Positions 50,087-61,012 of a stretch of DNA of 64,000 bases are shown here, piece after piece (position 1 is the stretch's first letter; every line of letters starts with the position of its first letter). Under the pieces are notes generated by a model. The model saw only the letters and a program-made list of their open reading frames with translations. It was not told the DNA's origin and did not search any database. A program made the translations under genes and the position numbers. The DNA comes from an uncultured delta proteobacterium (GTDB lineage: Bacteria; Desulfobacterota; Desulfobacteria; Desulfobacterales; B30-G6): NCBI GenBank assembly GCA_963823335.1, contig CAWGLD010000001.1, forward strand, positions 896,001-960,000, read 5' to 3'.

Positions 50087-51575
50087 CAGCGCTGAAGCAT
50101 TGCAGGTTCTCATCGTGGATGACGAACAGGATATTCGAGAAGGCTCGGAACGAATCCTCATCCGTATGGGTTTCAAGGTGTCCAAGGCCGCCAATGGACA
50201 AGAGGCCCTGGATGTCTTTCCAAAGATAAAACCCACAATCGTTCTGCTGGATCTCAAAATGCCGGGCATGGACGGTATGGAAGTCCTGGAGCGGCTCAAA
50301 AAAATCGACCCCGCCATCATCGTCATCGTCATCACCGGCTATGCCACGGTGGAGACTGCTATCCAGGCAATGAAACAGGGTGCTTATGATTTTATCCCCA
50401 AGCCCTTTGAACCAGATCAACTCCGACTCATTGTCAACCGGGCAGCGGAAAAAATCCGTCTTGAAATGGAAGCGGAAAAGCTGACCCGGGAGCGCCAGCG
50501 AACCCTGCTGGACTTGGGAACTGAAAAAAGCCGTATCCGCACGATCCTCGAGTCACTCCCCAACGGCGTCCTGGTAACCAATACTCTGGGACGGGTCGTT
50601 TTAATGAACCCAGCCTTCAAGCAACTCCTGGGGTTCGATGCGGATTATCCCCTGGGTGAAAGCATCGAAAGATACCTTCCCGATGATGGCTTGTGCAAGC
50701 TTGTCATGGAAATTTCCAAAGGCAGGCATATCGACTTTGAAGACATTCCGGAATATGAGTTCTCTTTTTCCAAAGAACAGTATTTCATGGCCAAGGGGCG
50801 TCCGGTATTAGGACAGAAAAAGGAATGCCTGGGTGCTGTGGTAACGGTGGTGGACATTACCGCACTGAAAATGATTGATCTGCTGAAATCTGAATTCGTT
50901 GCCAAGGTGTCCCATGAACTGCGGTCTCCCCTCTCCACCATTCACGAACAGCTTGCCGTTGTTCTGGGCGACATGATGGACATCGCACCTGAAACCGACC
51001 AGAAAATCCTCGGCCGAGCCAAGGAAAAGACCCACAGCCTCATTTCCCTGATAGGCGACCTGCTTGACCTCTCCAGAATCGAAGAGGGCGTTATCTGCAA
51101 AGAACCCGTACCGGTCCAGGTCGACGTCTTATTGAAAAACATCATCGATTTCCTCAAGGACAAGGCCATTGCCAAGAAGCAGACATTGAGCCTGGAAATC
51201 ATGGGCGATCACCTCCCGGAAATGCAGGCAGACCCGATAGCCCTGGAAAGCGTCTTTGGCAATCTCATTGCGAATGCCATCAACTATACACCCGAAAACG
51301 GCCATATCCGCGTTACGGCCGAGGTGGCCGGCATCAATATCAAGGTGAATGTCATCGACAATGGGTTTGGGATAGAAGACAAGCATCTGGGCCAGATCTT
51401 TGAGCGGTTTTATCGCGTCAAAAACAATCAGACACGCTATATCACGGGAACCGGTCTGGGGCTCCCCATCGTGAAAGAACTGGTCCAGGCACTTGGCGGG
51501 TTTGTCGAGGTAGAAAGTGAGTTTGGCAAGGGGTCGGCATTCACGGTGCTACTTCCGGTAGCCTTGAACACCTGA
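50079..51575 (+). CDS. Hybrid receiver-PAS-histidine kinase
   Basis: VLIVDDE, LLDLKMPG, KPF; SHELRSPL, NAINY, DNGFGI, GTGLGL. Confidence 0.93.
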   Translation: MNDSAEALQVLIVDDEQDIREGSERILIRMGFKVSKAANGQEALDVFPKIKPTIVLLDLKMPGMDGMEVLERLKKIDPAIIVIVITGYATVETAIQAMKQGAYDFIPKPFEPDQLRLIVNRAAEKIRLEMEAEKLTRERQRTLLDLGTEKSRIRTILESLPNGVLVTNTLGRVVLMNPAFKQLLGFDADYPLGESIERYLPDDGLCKLVMEISKGRHIDFEDIPEYEFSFSKEQYFMAKGRPVLGQKKECLGAVVTVVDITALKMIDLLKSEFVAKVSHELRSPLSTIHEQLAVVLGDMMDIAPETDQKILGRAKEKTHSLISLIGDLLDLSRIEEGVICKEPVPVQVDVLLKNIIDFLKDKAIAKKQTLSLEIMGDHLPEMQADPIALESVFGNLIANAINYTPENGHIRVTAEVAGINIKVNVIDNGFGIEDKHLGQIFERFYRVKNNQTRYITGTGLGLPIVKELVQALGGFVEVESEFGKGSAFTVLLPVALNT

Positions 51576-51737
51576 GCTAAAAATTTCAAATTCCTATTTT
51601 TGGAACAACTTATAGTAAAATCGTCTTGTTCATCGGCTCTGCTGCAGGCTCTCGGCTGTTCTCGTTAAACCGGCCAACAACTGAGAACAAAGAGCGAAGG
51701 AGCTTGCCCCTTGAACCCTCCAAACCTCCACCCCTTT

Positions 51738-52553
51738 TTAATCCCCTTCAATAGCCGAAATAAACTCTTGCGGTGGTACCTGTAGGCCGGTCCATAGGGC
51801 AAAGGTTCTGCGAGCCTGATAGGCAAGCGGCATTAGACCATCCAGAAATCGAATCCCTTTGTCCTCGGCAGCCTTCTTCCAGAAGTTTTTCGGTCGGTCG
51901 TAATTGAGGTCCATCATCATTTCACAGGCTGGTAACTCCAAAGAGGCCACCAAGGCTGCCATTTCAGAAGATTCATCCATGCTCGAAACAGATGTGGCGT
52001 TGATGATGATATCAACCGGTATTCTCTGTCCCTCCAGGGAAGAGAGTGTTCTTGCTTCTCCCCCGAAGCGTTTCACCATCTGCTGCAATTTCTCATCGTC
52101 GCGCCCCGCTACAAAAATAGTTTTTGTGCGCAGCCAGTTCAGGATAAAAACAACCGCCCGGGCTGCTCCCCCGGTACCGAAAACCATGGCCGACTTGTCT
52201 TCGACGTCAAAACCGGCATAGGACAAGGCGTCCATAAATCCGATGGCATTGGTGTTGTATCCCTTGAGCTTGCCTTCAATGAGAACGATGGTGTTGACGG
52301 CCCCAATGATATTGGCACCCTCGGACAGGATATCCAGATAGGGAATGACCGCTTCCTTGTAGGGTATGGTAATGTTCGCACCGGCCATGTTCAGGATGCG
52401 AAGACTCTGAAGGGCCTGACCCAGATGCTCTGGTGCAACCTTGAACGGCACATAGATGCCTTTGATACCCATCCGCTTGAATACCATTGAAAATATCGCT
52501 GTGGATTTTGCTCGATATGCCCGTTCGTCAGAGATGATGCAATAGACTTGCAT
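51738..52553 (-). CDS. Shikimate dehydrogenase-like protein with degenerate active site
   Basis: GANITIPYKE, GAVNT, GTGGAARA, INATS, DG...LAYQA; but GYNTN replaces GYNTD and the HSxSP motif is absent. Confidence 0.85.
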   Translation of the reverse strand: MQVYCIISDERAYRAKSTAIFSMVFKRMGIKGIYVPFKVAPEHLGQALQSLRILNMAGANITIPYKEAVIPYLDILSEGANIIGAVNTIVLIEGKLKGYNTNAIGFMDALSYAGFDVEDKSAMVFGTGGAARAVVFILNWLRTKTIFVAGRDDEKLQQMVKRFGGEARTLSSLEGQRIPVDIIINATSVSSMDESSEMAALVASLELPACEMMMDLNYDRPKNFWKKAAEDKGIRFLDGLMPLAYQARRTFALWTGLQVPPQEFISAIEGD

Positions 52554-52603
52554 AATTTTTTGAGCCCGGTTTTATCAATACACACATGAAAAATCCATAA
52601 ATT

Positions 52604-53920
52604 TCATGAAGTTTCAGGGTTTGGGTACGGATTCACATCCACCAGATCCGGACCCAGATAAGTACGCTCGTTTTCTCCCAGAATGCCCATGGCCAGACAC
52701 ATGATGGTCCAGAGATGTAAGGTGTGGTAGTCCCCCTTGTAATGCTCTTTCAGGTCATGAATTTGAGAATGGCAGTTGTGACATGGTGTGATACAGTAGG
52801 TTGCCTTGGTTTCCGCTATCTGTTCAAATTTTCTACGGCCATAATACCGCCGCTCTTCCGGTAGCCCGGATTGAAGAAAACCGCCGCCGCCGCCACAACA
52901 AAAATTGTTGGAGCGGTTAGGTGTCATATCGATGAAATTCTCTTCCCCTACAATAGACTTGACAATAAAACGGAGGTCTTCCGCTATGGGATCCCCAAGT
53001 GACTTTCTCACCAGCTGGCAGGGATCCTGGACCGTGAATTTGACGCCCAGTTCCTTGTTCCAATCCGAGTTGACCTTCAACTTTCCTTCACGCATCCACT
53101 GCGCGTAGTATTCGATGATTGATTTGACTTCAAACGTATGTTCGATGTTGAACTTGTTCAGTCCGACCCGGACCGAAAAAAATTCATGCCCTCACTCCGT
53201 ATTGAGCCAGACCTTACACCCCAAATCCTCCACGGCCTTGGCTTTTGTTCGAACATTTTTTTCCCACTTCTCGTTATCGGCCAGAAACAGACAGTAATTC
53301 TCCGCTGCCCACCCTTTTGAACCATAGGTCCAGTCCGCACCCACCGTATGGAGAATTTTCCATAGTGGCACCATCTCATCCGGTTCCGTCACGGGCTCCC
53401 GGGAGTTCTGGTTCAGGAAAAATTCAGCCCCGGCCCTATTGATCGAGGCCTGCATCTCTTTGAATTCCGGTTGGGCTTCCTGATATTCTTCCAGCACATC
53501 TTCCACCACGAAGATAAAATCCTCTTCGGTTGCCCCCATGGCACTGCAGGTCTCGTTCTTAAAAGACATTTCACACGATCCATGAATGCCTTTCGGCAGA
53601 TCGTCCTTGGGCCATCGGTTTCTTACATTGAAAACAAGACCTGGAATATCGATTTTCATGGGGCAGGCGTAAATACACCGCTGGCACATGGTGCACATCC
53701 AGGCCCACTTGGAACTCAGGACCTCCTCATCGAGCCCGAGTGACGCCATTCTCAAAAATTTTCTCGGGTCCATCCCTTCCAGTCCAGTGGCAGGACACCC
53801 GGAGGAACAAAGACCGCAGGTCAGGCAGAGATTCAGGTTTCCGCCCTCGGGCAGAATTTTCATAACCTCGTCTTTGAAGATGCTCTTGCTTTTTTTTAAC
53901 TCCAGAACCGGCATTGACAT
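52604..53920 (-). CDS. Selenocysteine-containing HdrC-like/CCG-domain Fe-S protein (HdrD/DsrK/TmcB-like), 438 aa, Sec243
   Basis: ORFs 53192-53920 and 52604-53095 are in one frame separated only by TGA (53192-53194) in NTE-U-GHE (ECGH motif); CLTCGLCSSGCP, CTMCQRCIYACP, DPC, CCGGGGG, PCHNC. Confidence 0.9.
53157..53177 (-). promoter_or_regulatory. Putative SECIS element
   Basis: TTCGGTCCG-GGT-CGGACTGAA stem-loop starting 14 nt after the UGA. Confidence 0.78.
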
Positions 53921-53993
53921 GCTTGACTCCTCACAGTTTCGGACATCAGAAATAAACCGTATGCTTCATCGAATCAGATCGGTCTTGCCCTGT

Positions 53994-54383
53994 TTACATG
54001 TTGAGCATCTGCCTGATACTTTGGGAAATCGCTTCCGCAGAGGCTGGTTTGGCGATATAATCATCTGCTTCCGTACTCATGCCGTCGGCATGGGAATAGC
54101 GGGTAGAGGTCACATGGGATGCCACGGCAGTCAGCAACAGCACCGGAATATCGCAGAGATTGCTGTCTGCCTTGAGTTCCTTGCACATCTCGTAACCATC
54201 TTTTTCCGGCATCATAACATCGAGCACAATAGCATCCGGGGGATTGGCTTGAACCTTTTCCATGCCCTCCACACCATTGTAGGCCAGTTCAACTTCGAAT
54301 CCTTCCTTTTCAAGCTGCCCCTGAACAATGGAGCAGAAGTCAGGCTCATCGTCTACCACCAGTATTCTTTTTTTATCTGTCAT
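53994..54383 (-). CDS. Single-domain response regulator
   Basis: ILVVDDE, VLDVMMP, LLTA, YIAKP; GAGGAGG RBS before ATG 54383. Confidence 0.93.
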   Translation of the reverse strand: MTDKKRILVVDDEPDFCSIVQGQLEKEGFEVELAYNGVEGMEKVQANPPDAIVLDVMMPEKDGYEMCKELKADSNLCDIPVLLLTAVASHVTSTRYSHADGMSTEADDYIAKPASAEAISQSIRQMLNM

Positions 54384-54480
54384 GGAAAACCTCCTCTTTA
54401 TAACGTTAAACACCGCACTGATGACCCTCGAACCTTTGACTGAGATCAACTTTTCAAGATGATCAACAACAGGCTTATTC

Positions 54481-55410
54481 CTAAATCTGGGGTCGTGGGT
54501 ACAGACCTGTCTTTTCTACGATCTCGGGAACCTTTTCCTCCCATTCGATGGCCATGACGTGAAATCCGCTGACACCCTCCACCTCTTTCAGGCGTTGAAT
54601 ATCCTCGATGCAGATTTTGATACCTTCTTCGGCCTGTTTTTCCTTAGGCGTATCTGACAGGCGCTTGACCAGTTCATCGGGGACATCCATTCCCGGAACA
54701 CGGTTTTTCATGTATTTGGCCATTCCCGCAGATTTCATGGGTGTCATGCCCGCCAGAATATAGACCTGTTCGTGCAGGCCGCGATCTCTAGCCAGCTTCA
54801 TCCACTCTTCAAACTTATCCAGATTGTAGATGCACTGTGTCTGAATAAATTCTGCGCCAGCCTTGATCTTCTTGGCAAGTCTCGGAACACGAATTTCAAA
54901 GGGATCTGCAAAGGGATTTGCAGCGGCGCCCACGAACATTTGGGGCGGCCGCTTGATATCATCACCCCCCAGAAATTTTCCTTCGTCTCGCATGTGGCGA
55001 ACGGTCTGGACCAGCTGCATGGAATCCAGATCGTGAACATTCTGCCCTTGTGCACAGTCTCCAAAACTCTGATGGTCACCTGAGAGACACAATATGTTGG
55101 CAATATCAAAGGATGCGGCACCCAGAATATCGCTCTGAAGAGCGATACGATTTCGGTCACGTGTCACCATTTGCAGCACCGGCTCCAGCCCCATGAGCTT
55201 GAGACGGATACAGGCGGCCAGGCTGCACATGCGGGTTACCGACGTCTGGTTGTCCGTGATGTTGATAGCATCCACATGATCCTTGATCAGCTCGGCTTTC
55301 TTGATAATGGTATCCGGATCACTGCCGCGTGGCGGACCACACTCTGAGGTTACGGCCAGATGTCCGGCGGAGAGAATTTTTTCCAAGCGACTCGGTGTCT
55401 TCGTTTTCAT
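54481..55410 (-). CDS. metF: Methylenetetrahydrofolate reductase MetF (MetV-associated type)
   Basis: SECGPPRG, INITDN, RDRNRIALQSDILGA, LSGDH, KIKAGAEFIQTQ, GFHVMAI. Confidence 0.93.
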   Translation of the reverse strand: MKTKTPSRLEKILSAGHLAVTSECGPPRGSDPDTIIKKAELIKDHVDAINITDNQTSVTRMCSLAACIRLKLMGLEPVLQMVTRDRNRIALQSDILGAASFDIANILCLSGDHQSFGDCAQGQNVHDLDSMQLVQTVRHMRDEGKFLGGDDIKRPPQMFVGAAANPFADPFEIRVPRLAKKIKAGAEFIQTQCIYNLDKFEEWMKLARDRGLHEQVYILAGMTPMKSAGMAKYMKNRVPGMDVPDELVKRLSDTPKEKQAEEGIKICIEDIQRLKEVEGVSGFHVMAIEWEEKVPEIVEKTGLYPRPQI

Positions 55411-56075
55411 GGTTGCACATCCTCCCTCACGACTTTTCTGGGTCCACCTGCCCGGTCGGTGGACCAGTCTTTGATCGGACTCAGATCTTCATATTCTTCG
55501 AATCTGTCCAGAGCCTTGAGACGCTCGACAATCAGTTGCCAGGCACATACCAGTTCCTTGTTTATTTCACACATTCCCTTGCTGGAACCGCCGCAGGGTC
55601 CATTCATGACGCGTTTTGCACATCGGGAAACCGGACAGATACCGCCTGTTCGGGATAGAATGCACTGACCGCAGCCCTGGCATCGCTCGGCCCAGTGGCC
55701 TCGCTCTTCGGTCACGCCCATAAAACAGGTGTCCACCCCAGGATAAATGGGTGTTGAATGGTATTTTTCGGCGGCAAACTGGACACCCACACCACAGGCA
55801 ATCGACACGATGGCATCGTACTGATCAACGACATTGCGGATCTCTTCGAGATATTCGTGATCACACTGACGCTCAAGGGTGTTTTCATCGATCTTCATTT
55901 CCTTGCCCTGGTTCAGAAAATACATGCGCAGGGCCGAGGCCAGAATGCCTACTTCCTTTTTTCCTCCAGCTTCACAGACCGTTACGCACTCATTGCATCC
56001 CAGCACCAGGATTTTATTATGGTCCTTGATGTCCTCAATAATCTCTTCAATCGGTTTTTTGTCGGCGACAATCAT
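55407..56075 (-). CDS. metV: MTHFR small Fe-S subunit MetV
   Basis: GCNECVTVC, RQCD, ACGVG, RCQGCGQC, CPVSRCAK..NGPCGG, CAW; stop overlaps the metF ATG. Confidence 0.9.
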   Translation of the reverse strand: MIVADKKPIEEIIEDIKDHNKILVLGCNECVTVCEAGGKKEVGILASALRMYFLNQGKEMKIDENTLERQCDHEYLEEIRNVVDQYDAIVSIACGVGVQFAAEKYHSTPIYPGVDTCFMGVTEERGHWAERCQGCGQCILSRTGGICPVSRCAKRVMNGPCGGSSKGMCEINKELVCAWQLIVERLKALDRFEEYEDLSPIKDWSTDRAGGPRKVVREDVQP

Positions 56076-56119
56076 AATTTCATCCTTTTACTTTCCATAA
56101 ACAGATCGGTTATATGAGC

Positions 56120-56551
56120 TCACGCTGCTTTTTTTTTCTGCAACTTGATCGGATTCGGTCCGAGTTCCTTAATCCGTTCCACCATTTTGACCGCCACCTC
56201 TGCGAACAGGGGGCCTTCGCTCGACGCCATGTTGAACATCTCCACACGCTGGCTGCCCACACCCACGGTGTCGAGTATCTTCTTGGCCTGCTCGATCCGT
56301 TTTCGTGCCCTGAAATTCCCACTGGTGTAATGGCAGTCGCCTTCCATGCAACCCACGGCATAGACTCCGTCGGCCCCCTTTTCAAAGGCTTTTAAAATAT
56401 GCAAGATATCGACCTTGCCGGTGCAGGGTACACGAATGATTTTGATATTCGTGGGGTATGTCAGTCGCATGGAACCTGCCAGGTCCGCGGCTGTGTATCC
56501 TCAGAAGTTACAGCAAAATGCGATAATGATCGGTTCAAACAATTGACTCAT
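56120..56551 (-). CDS. mvhD: Selenocysteine-containing MvhD [2Fe-2S] subunit, 143 aa, Sec17
   Basis: ATG 56551 overlaps the hdrA stop; [17 protein letters not shown](TGA 56501-56503)-GYTAADLAG continues in frame into RVPCTGKV, GADGV, GCMEGDCHY. Confidence 0.93.
56471..56486 (-). promoter_or_regulatory. Putative SECIS element
   Basis: GGACCT-GGC-AGGTTCC hairpin (one bulge) starting 14 nt after the UGA. Confidence 0.68.
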
Positions 56552-59500
56552 AAGACCCCCTCCAGCAAAGCTTCTATCTTGCAGATCAGTTGATCATCTT
56601 GATACCAATTCAATTCTATGGCCTTGGCCGGGCATTCCGATGCGCATACCCCGCACCCCTGGCACATGGCGATGTCTATTTCACTCACCCCTTCCTGGTT
56701 GATTTTCGGGACCCCATAGGGGCACGAACGAACGCATACGAGACATGAAGCACATTGATCAGCGTCTACCCAGGCCGTAATGGCTGACAATGTCAGCTCC
56801 GGCTGGGCAAGAAATGTAATAGCCCGGGAGGCGGCGGCACTGGCCTGGGAAATGGTTTCAGATATTAATTTGGGGCTGTGGGCCGTACCGCAGACAAAAA
56901 TGCCTTCCGTGGCCATATCCACCGGTCTCAGCTTGACATGCGCTTCCATGAAAAAACCTTCCGGTGTTCTGGCAAGCTTGACGATGGAAGCGAGCTCAGA
57001 CGTGTCTTCGGCAACCATGCCTGCGCTCAGGACCAACTTGTCCGCCGTTACCATCAACGGTCGATTCAAGACATGATCAAAAAATGTCACCTGCACGCCA
57101 TCTTGCGATGATGCCACCTGAGGCGGGTTCTCCGGTGTATAGCGGAAAAACAGAATGCCCTGTTTTCTGGCCTCTGTATAGTACTCTTCCAGGAGTCCAT
57201 AGGTCCGAATATCCCGGTATAGGACATAAATGCTGGCATCCGGATGATCTTTGCGGATATGCAATGCATTCTTGATGGCGTTCTGGCAGCAGATACGCGA
57301 ACAGTTGGGGTTCTCGTCATTTCGGGATCCAACGCACTGAATCATGACCACCTGCTCCAAAGAACCCGACGGCACATCATCCAGGTGCTGGGCGAATTCC
57401 ACCTGGGTCATGACCCGGTCGTCTTCTCCGTACAGATACTCTTTGGGCTGATATTCCTTTGCGCCGGTAGCCAGTATTACAACGCCATGCTCGATTTTTC
57501 GTTCGTACATACCCGGTCCAACCAGAACTTCCGTGGTGAAATTGCCCTTGAAACCGGAAAACCCCACAATCAGGGACTGAGTCAGCACCTGGATTCTTTC
57601 ATGGGTCATCACACGGTCCGAAAGCCGCGTCAGATAAGGCTGAATTTCGGCGCCTTCAATGGTGGCCTTCAGCTGGTTGGCCATACCCCCCAGACGATTC
57701 TCTTTCTCCACCAGAAACACCTCGTATCCCTGGTCTGCAAGTCCCAGGGCGGCATTCATCCCGGCAATGCCGCCACCCACCACCATGGCTTTTTGAATGA
57801 CCGGGATGGTTTTTTCCTGGAGTGGATGGAGGGTTGCTACCCTGGCCACGGCCATGCGTACCAGATCCTTTGACTTTTCGGTGGCTTCCTCGGCTTGTTT
57901 GGCGTGTACCCATGATCCCTGGTTACGAATATTCGCCATTTCGAAAAGATATTTGTTCAGTCCGCATTCCCTCATCGTATCCATAAAGATCGCTTCATGT
58001 GTTTTGGGCGTGCAGGCGGCCACGACGATACGGTTGAGGTTCTGCTCCTTGATGATTTCCTTCATCTGGCCCTGAGAATCCTGGGAACAGGTAAAGAGAT
58101 TCTGCCCAACATATGTGACATACGGCAATGTTTTTGCATAGGCTTCCACGGCAGCCACATCCACGACACCGGAGATATTGATCCCGCAGTTGCAGACGAA
58201 TACGCCAATCCGGGGTTCTGCGTCACTCACATCGATTTCTTCCGGCAGATCGACCGAGCGGGTCAAGGTGTTTCGAACCGCTGCAAGGCTTGCACCCGCC
58301 GCACAGGCAGCGGCCGAGGCCTCCGTGACGGAGCTGGGAATGTCTTTTGCCTCCTGAAAGGCACCGCAGACATAGACACCGGGACGCGATGTCTCCACCG
58401 GTGAAAACGGATGGGTCACGGCAAAATGATTGTGATCCATCTCCACATCCAAGCGCCGGGCCAGATCAATGGTCTGCTCCGACACCTGAAGACCGACAGA
58501 AAGTACCACCATGTCGAAGAATTCTTCCTGCATTTCGCCGGCCTCGTCTGCATAGCGGATACGAAGATCTTTCGCTTCTCCAACCTCATCGATGGTATGC
58601 ACCCGGGCCTTGACAAAATTCACGCCCTCCTGGTCCTTGGCTCGAAGATAATATTTTTCAAAATCCTTCCCGAACGTCCGGATATCCATGTTGAAAATGG
58701 TGCAGTCCAAGTTGCCCTGGGCATGCTCCTTGGCCACCATGGCGTCCTTGATGGCATACATACAGCAAACAGAAGAACAATATCCATTACCGCACTGGTT
58801 GTTGTCCCTGGAGCCGATACACTGAAGCCAGGCAATACGCTTCGGCTCTGTTTCATCCGAAGGCCTGATCAGGTGCCCCATGGTCGGACCGGAGGCGCTC
58901 AGCATCCGTTCGAATTCCAGGCTGGTCATGACATTGGGATTCGTTCCATAGTGGTAATGCTTTTCAAGAACAGTGGGGTCGTACGGGCGGCTTCCCGGGC
59001 TGAGGACCACGGAACCCACCTGGATCTCCTTTTCCACGACAGCCTGGTCATGTTCCACGGCACCGGCCAGACATGCTTCTACGCACTGGTAGCATTCTGA
59101 ACAAATCCCGCAGGAAAGACAGCGATTGGATTCTCTTTGCGATATGGCTTCATCGAAACCGAGTTGAACCTCGTTGAAATTGGAGACTCTTTGATCCGGC
59201 GACATGCAGGGCATCTCTTCTTTGGGCAGTTCAGCTACACCCTCCAGGGGCACCTCGTCAATCGGAACCCATGCCTTTTCCCTACCGGCTGAAAGGTCTG
59301 TCCCGCAAACAAATCGATCGATGGATATGGCAGCCTCTTTTCCCGCAGCCACGGCTTCCACAACCGTTGCCGGCCCCGTGACGGCATCCCCGCCTGAAAA
59401 GATATCCGGATCATTCGACTGCAGCGTTACGGGATCCACATTGATGGTTCCCCAATCGCTCAAGGTGCAGGCACATTCATCCGTCAGACAGGCCCAGTCA

Positions 59501-61002
59501 CTTTCCTGGCCAATGGCCGGAATCACTGTATCAACTTCGATGGTAAATTCGGATCCTTCAATGGGTACAGGTCGGCGACGGCCGCTGGCATCGGGTTTAC
59601 CCAGTTCCATTTTAATACATTCCAGCGCTACGACCTTCCCGTTTTCACCGATAATACGCACCGGACTGGTGAGGGTCATGATGTCAATACCCTCTTCCCG
59701 GCATTCTTCGATCTCTACATCATTGGCGGGCATCTCCTCGAAGCTCCGCCGATAAATGACAAACGGTTTGGAAGAACCGGTCCTCAGGGCCGTGCGAACC
59801 GAGTCCATAGCCACATTTCCGCCGCCGATCACGGCTACCCGGTCTCCCAGCTGAACCCTGTTTCCAAGATTGACCTCACGCAGAAAATCAACGCCTGGAT
59901 AAACACCCTCCTGCTCTTCTCCTTCAACACCCAGGACTTTGCATTCATGAGACCCGATGCCAAGAAAAAAGGCCTTGAATCCGTCCTTGCGCAATTGGTC
60001 GATGGTGATGTCTTTTCCGAGCTCGACACCCGTTTTGAATTGAACCCCAAGATCCTTGATTATTTGAATTTCACTTTCGATGATATCTCGTGGCAGACGG
60101 TAGGATGGAATGCCGACGGTCAGCATACCGCCCAGCACCGGCAGTTTCTCAAAGACCGTGACCTGGTAGCCTTCTATGGCCAGGAAATACGCGCAGGTCA
60201 AGCCTGCCGGCCCTGCCCCGATAATTGCTATCTTTTCAGGTCGTTTTGCTTTCTGTTCCGGTACAAAGGGGGCTTTTGCTTCAAGATCCCTATCCGCCAG
60301 AAAACGATGCAGATACTGGATGGACAAGGTTTTGTCCACTTGGTTTCTGGTACAGGCGCCTTCACAGGGATGATGGCACACCCGGCCGCAGACCCCTGGG
60401 AAGGGATGGTCCTGTTTGAACAGTTTCAGTGCTTCCAAATATTTCCCAGACTGAATAAGGGCAATGAATCCCTGGACGCTTACATGTGCCGGACAGGAGA
60501 CCTTGCAGGGCGCCGTACCTCTTTTTTCGATGGCAAAAGCGCCTGGAATCGCCTGGGGATACTGCTTGAAGGCCGCTCTTTTGTCTGAAAGACGTTCATT
60601 GTAGTCGTCGGGCAGGGATACCGGGCAGACCTTTGTGCATTCACCACAACTTGTGCATTTGGCGATGTCGATATACCGTGGCGCCTGACGGATCCCGGCA
60701 GTTAAATTACCCGGTTCTCCTGTGAGAGACATGAGTTCGGTATTGGTTAGAAGTTCGATGTTGAGATGCCGGCCGACCTCGACCAGTTTGGGTGAGATAA
60801 TTCACATGGCACAGTCATTGGTTGGAAATGTCTTGTCCAGCTGTGACATCATTCCACCGATCGCGGAGGATGATTCAACCATGTACACATAATAGCCTGA
60901 ATTGGCTAGATCCAGGGCCGATTGCATACCTGCGATGCCACCACCGACCACCATGACCGAACCGACCAAATCCTTTTTGTGATCACCTGATTGTTTCGTC
61001 AT
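56548..61002 (-). CDS. hdrA: Selenocysteine-containing large HdrA (HdrL type) with GltD/NfnB-like NAD(P)H module, 1484 aa, Sec67
   Basis: ORF 60802-61002 (GGGIAG...[12 protein letters not shown]) reads through TGA 60802-60804 into [17 protein letters not shown] and the 1394-aa ORF; U replaces the second Cys of HdrA DCxx[42 protein letters not shown], second GGGIAG, C-terminal 2x[4Fe-4S]. Confidence 0.93.
60769..60786 (-). promoter_or_regulatory. Putative SECIS element
   Basis: CTGGTCG-AGGT-CGGCCGG hairpin starting 15 nt after the UGA; the AGGU loop resembles the E. coli fdhF SECIS loop. Confidence 0.75.
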
Positions 61003-61012
61003 TTTTGATTCC

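Noticed and set aside
52604-61002. hdrA, mvhD and the CCG gene as nonsense-disrupted pseudogenes
   Set aside because: All three stops are TGA at conserved Cys positions with SECIS-like hairpins at the same spacing, so selenocysteine is far more parsimonious.
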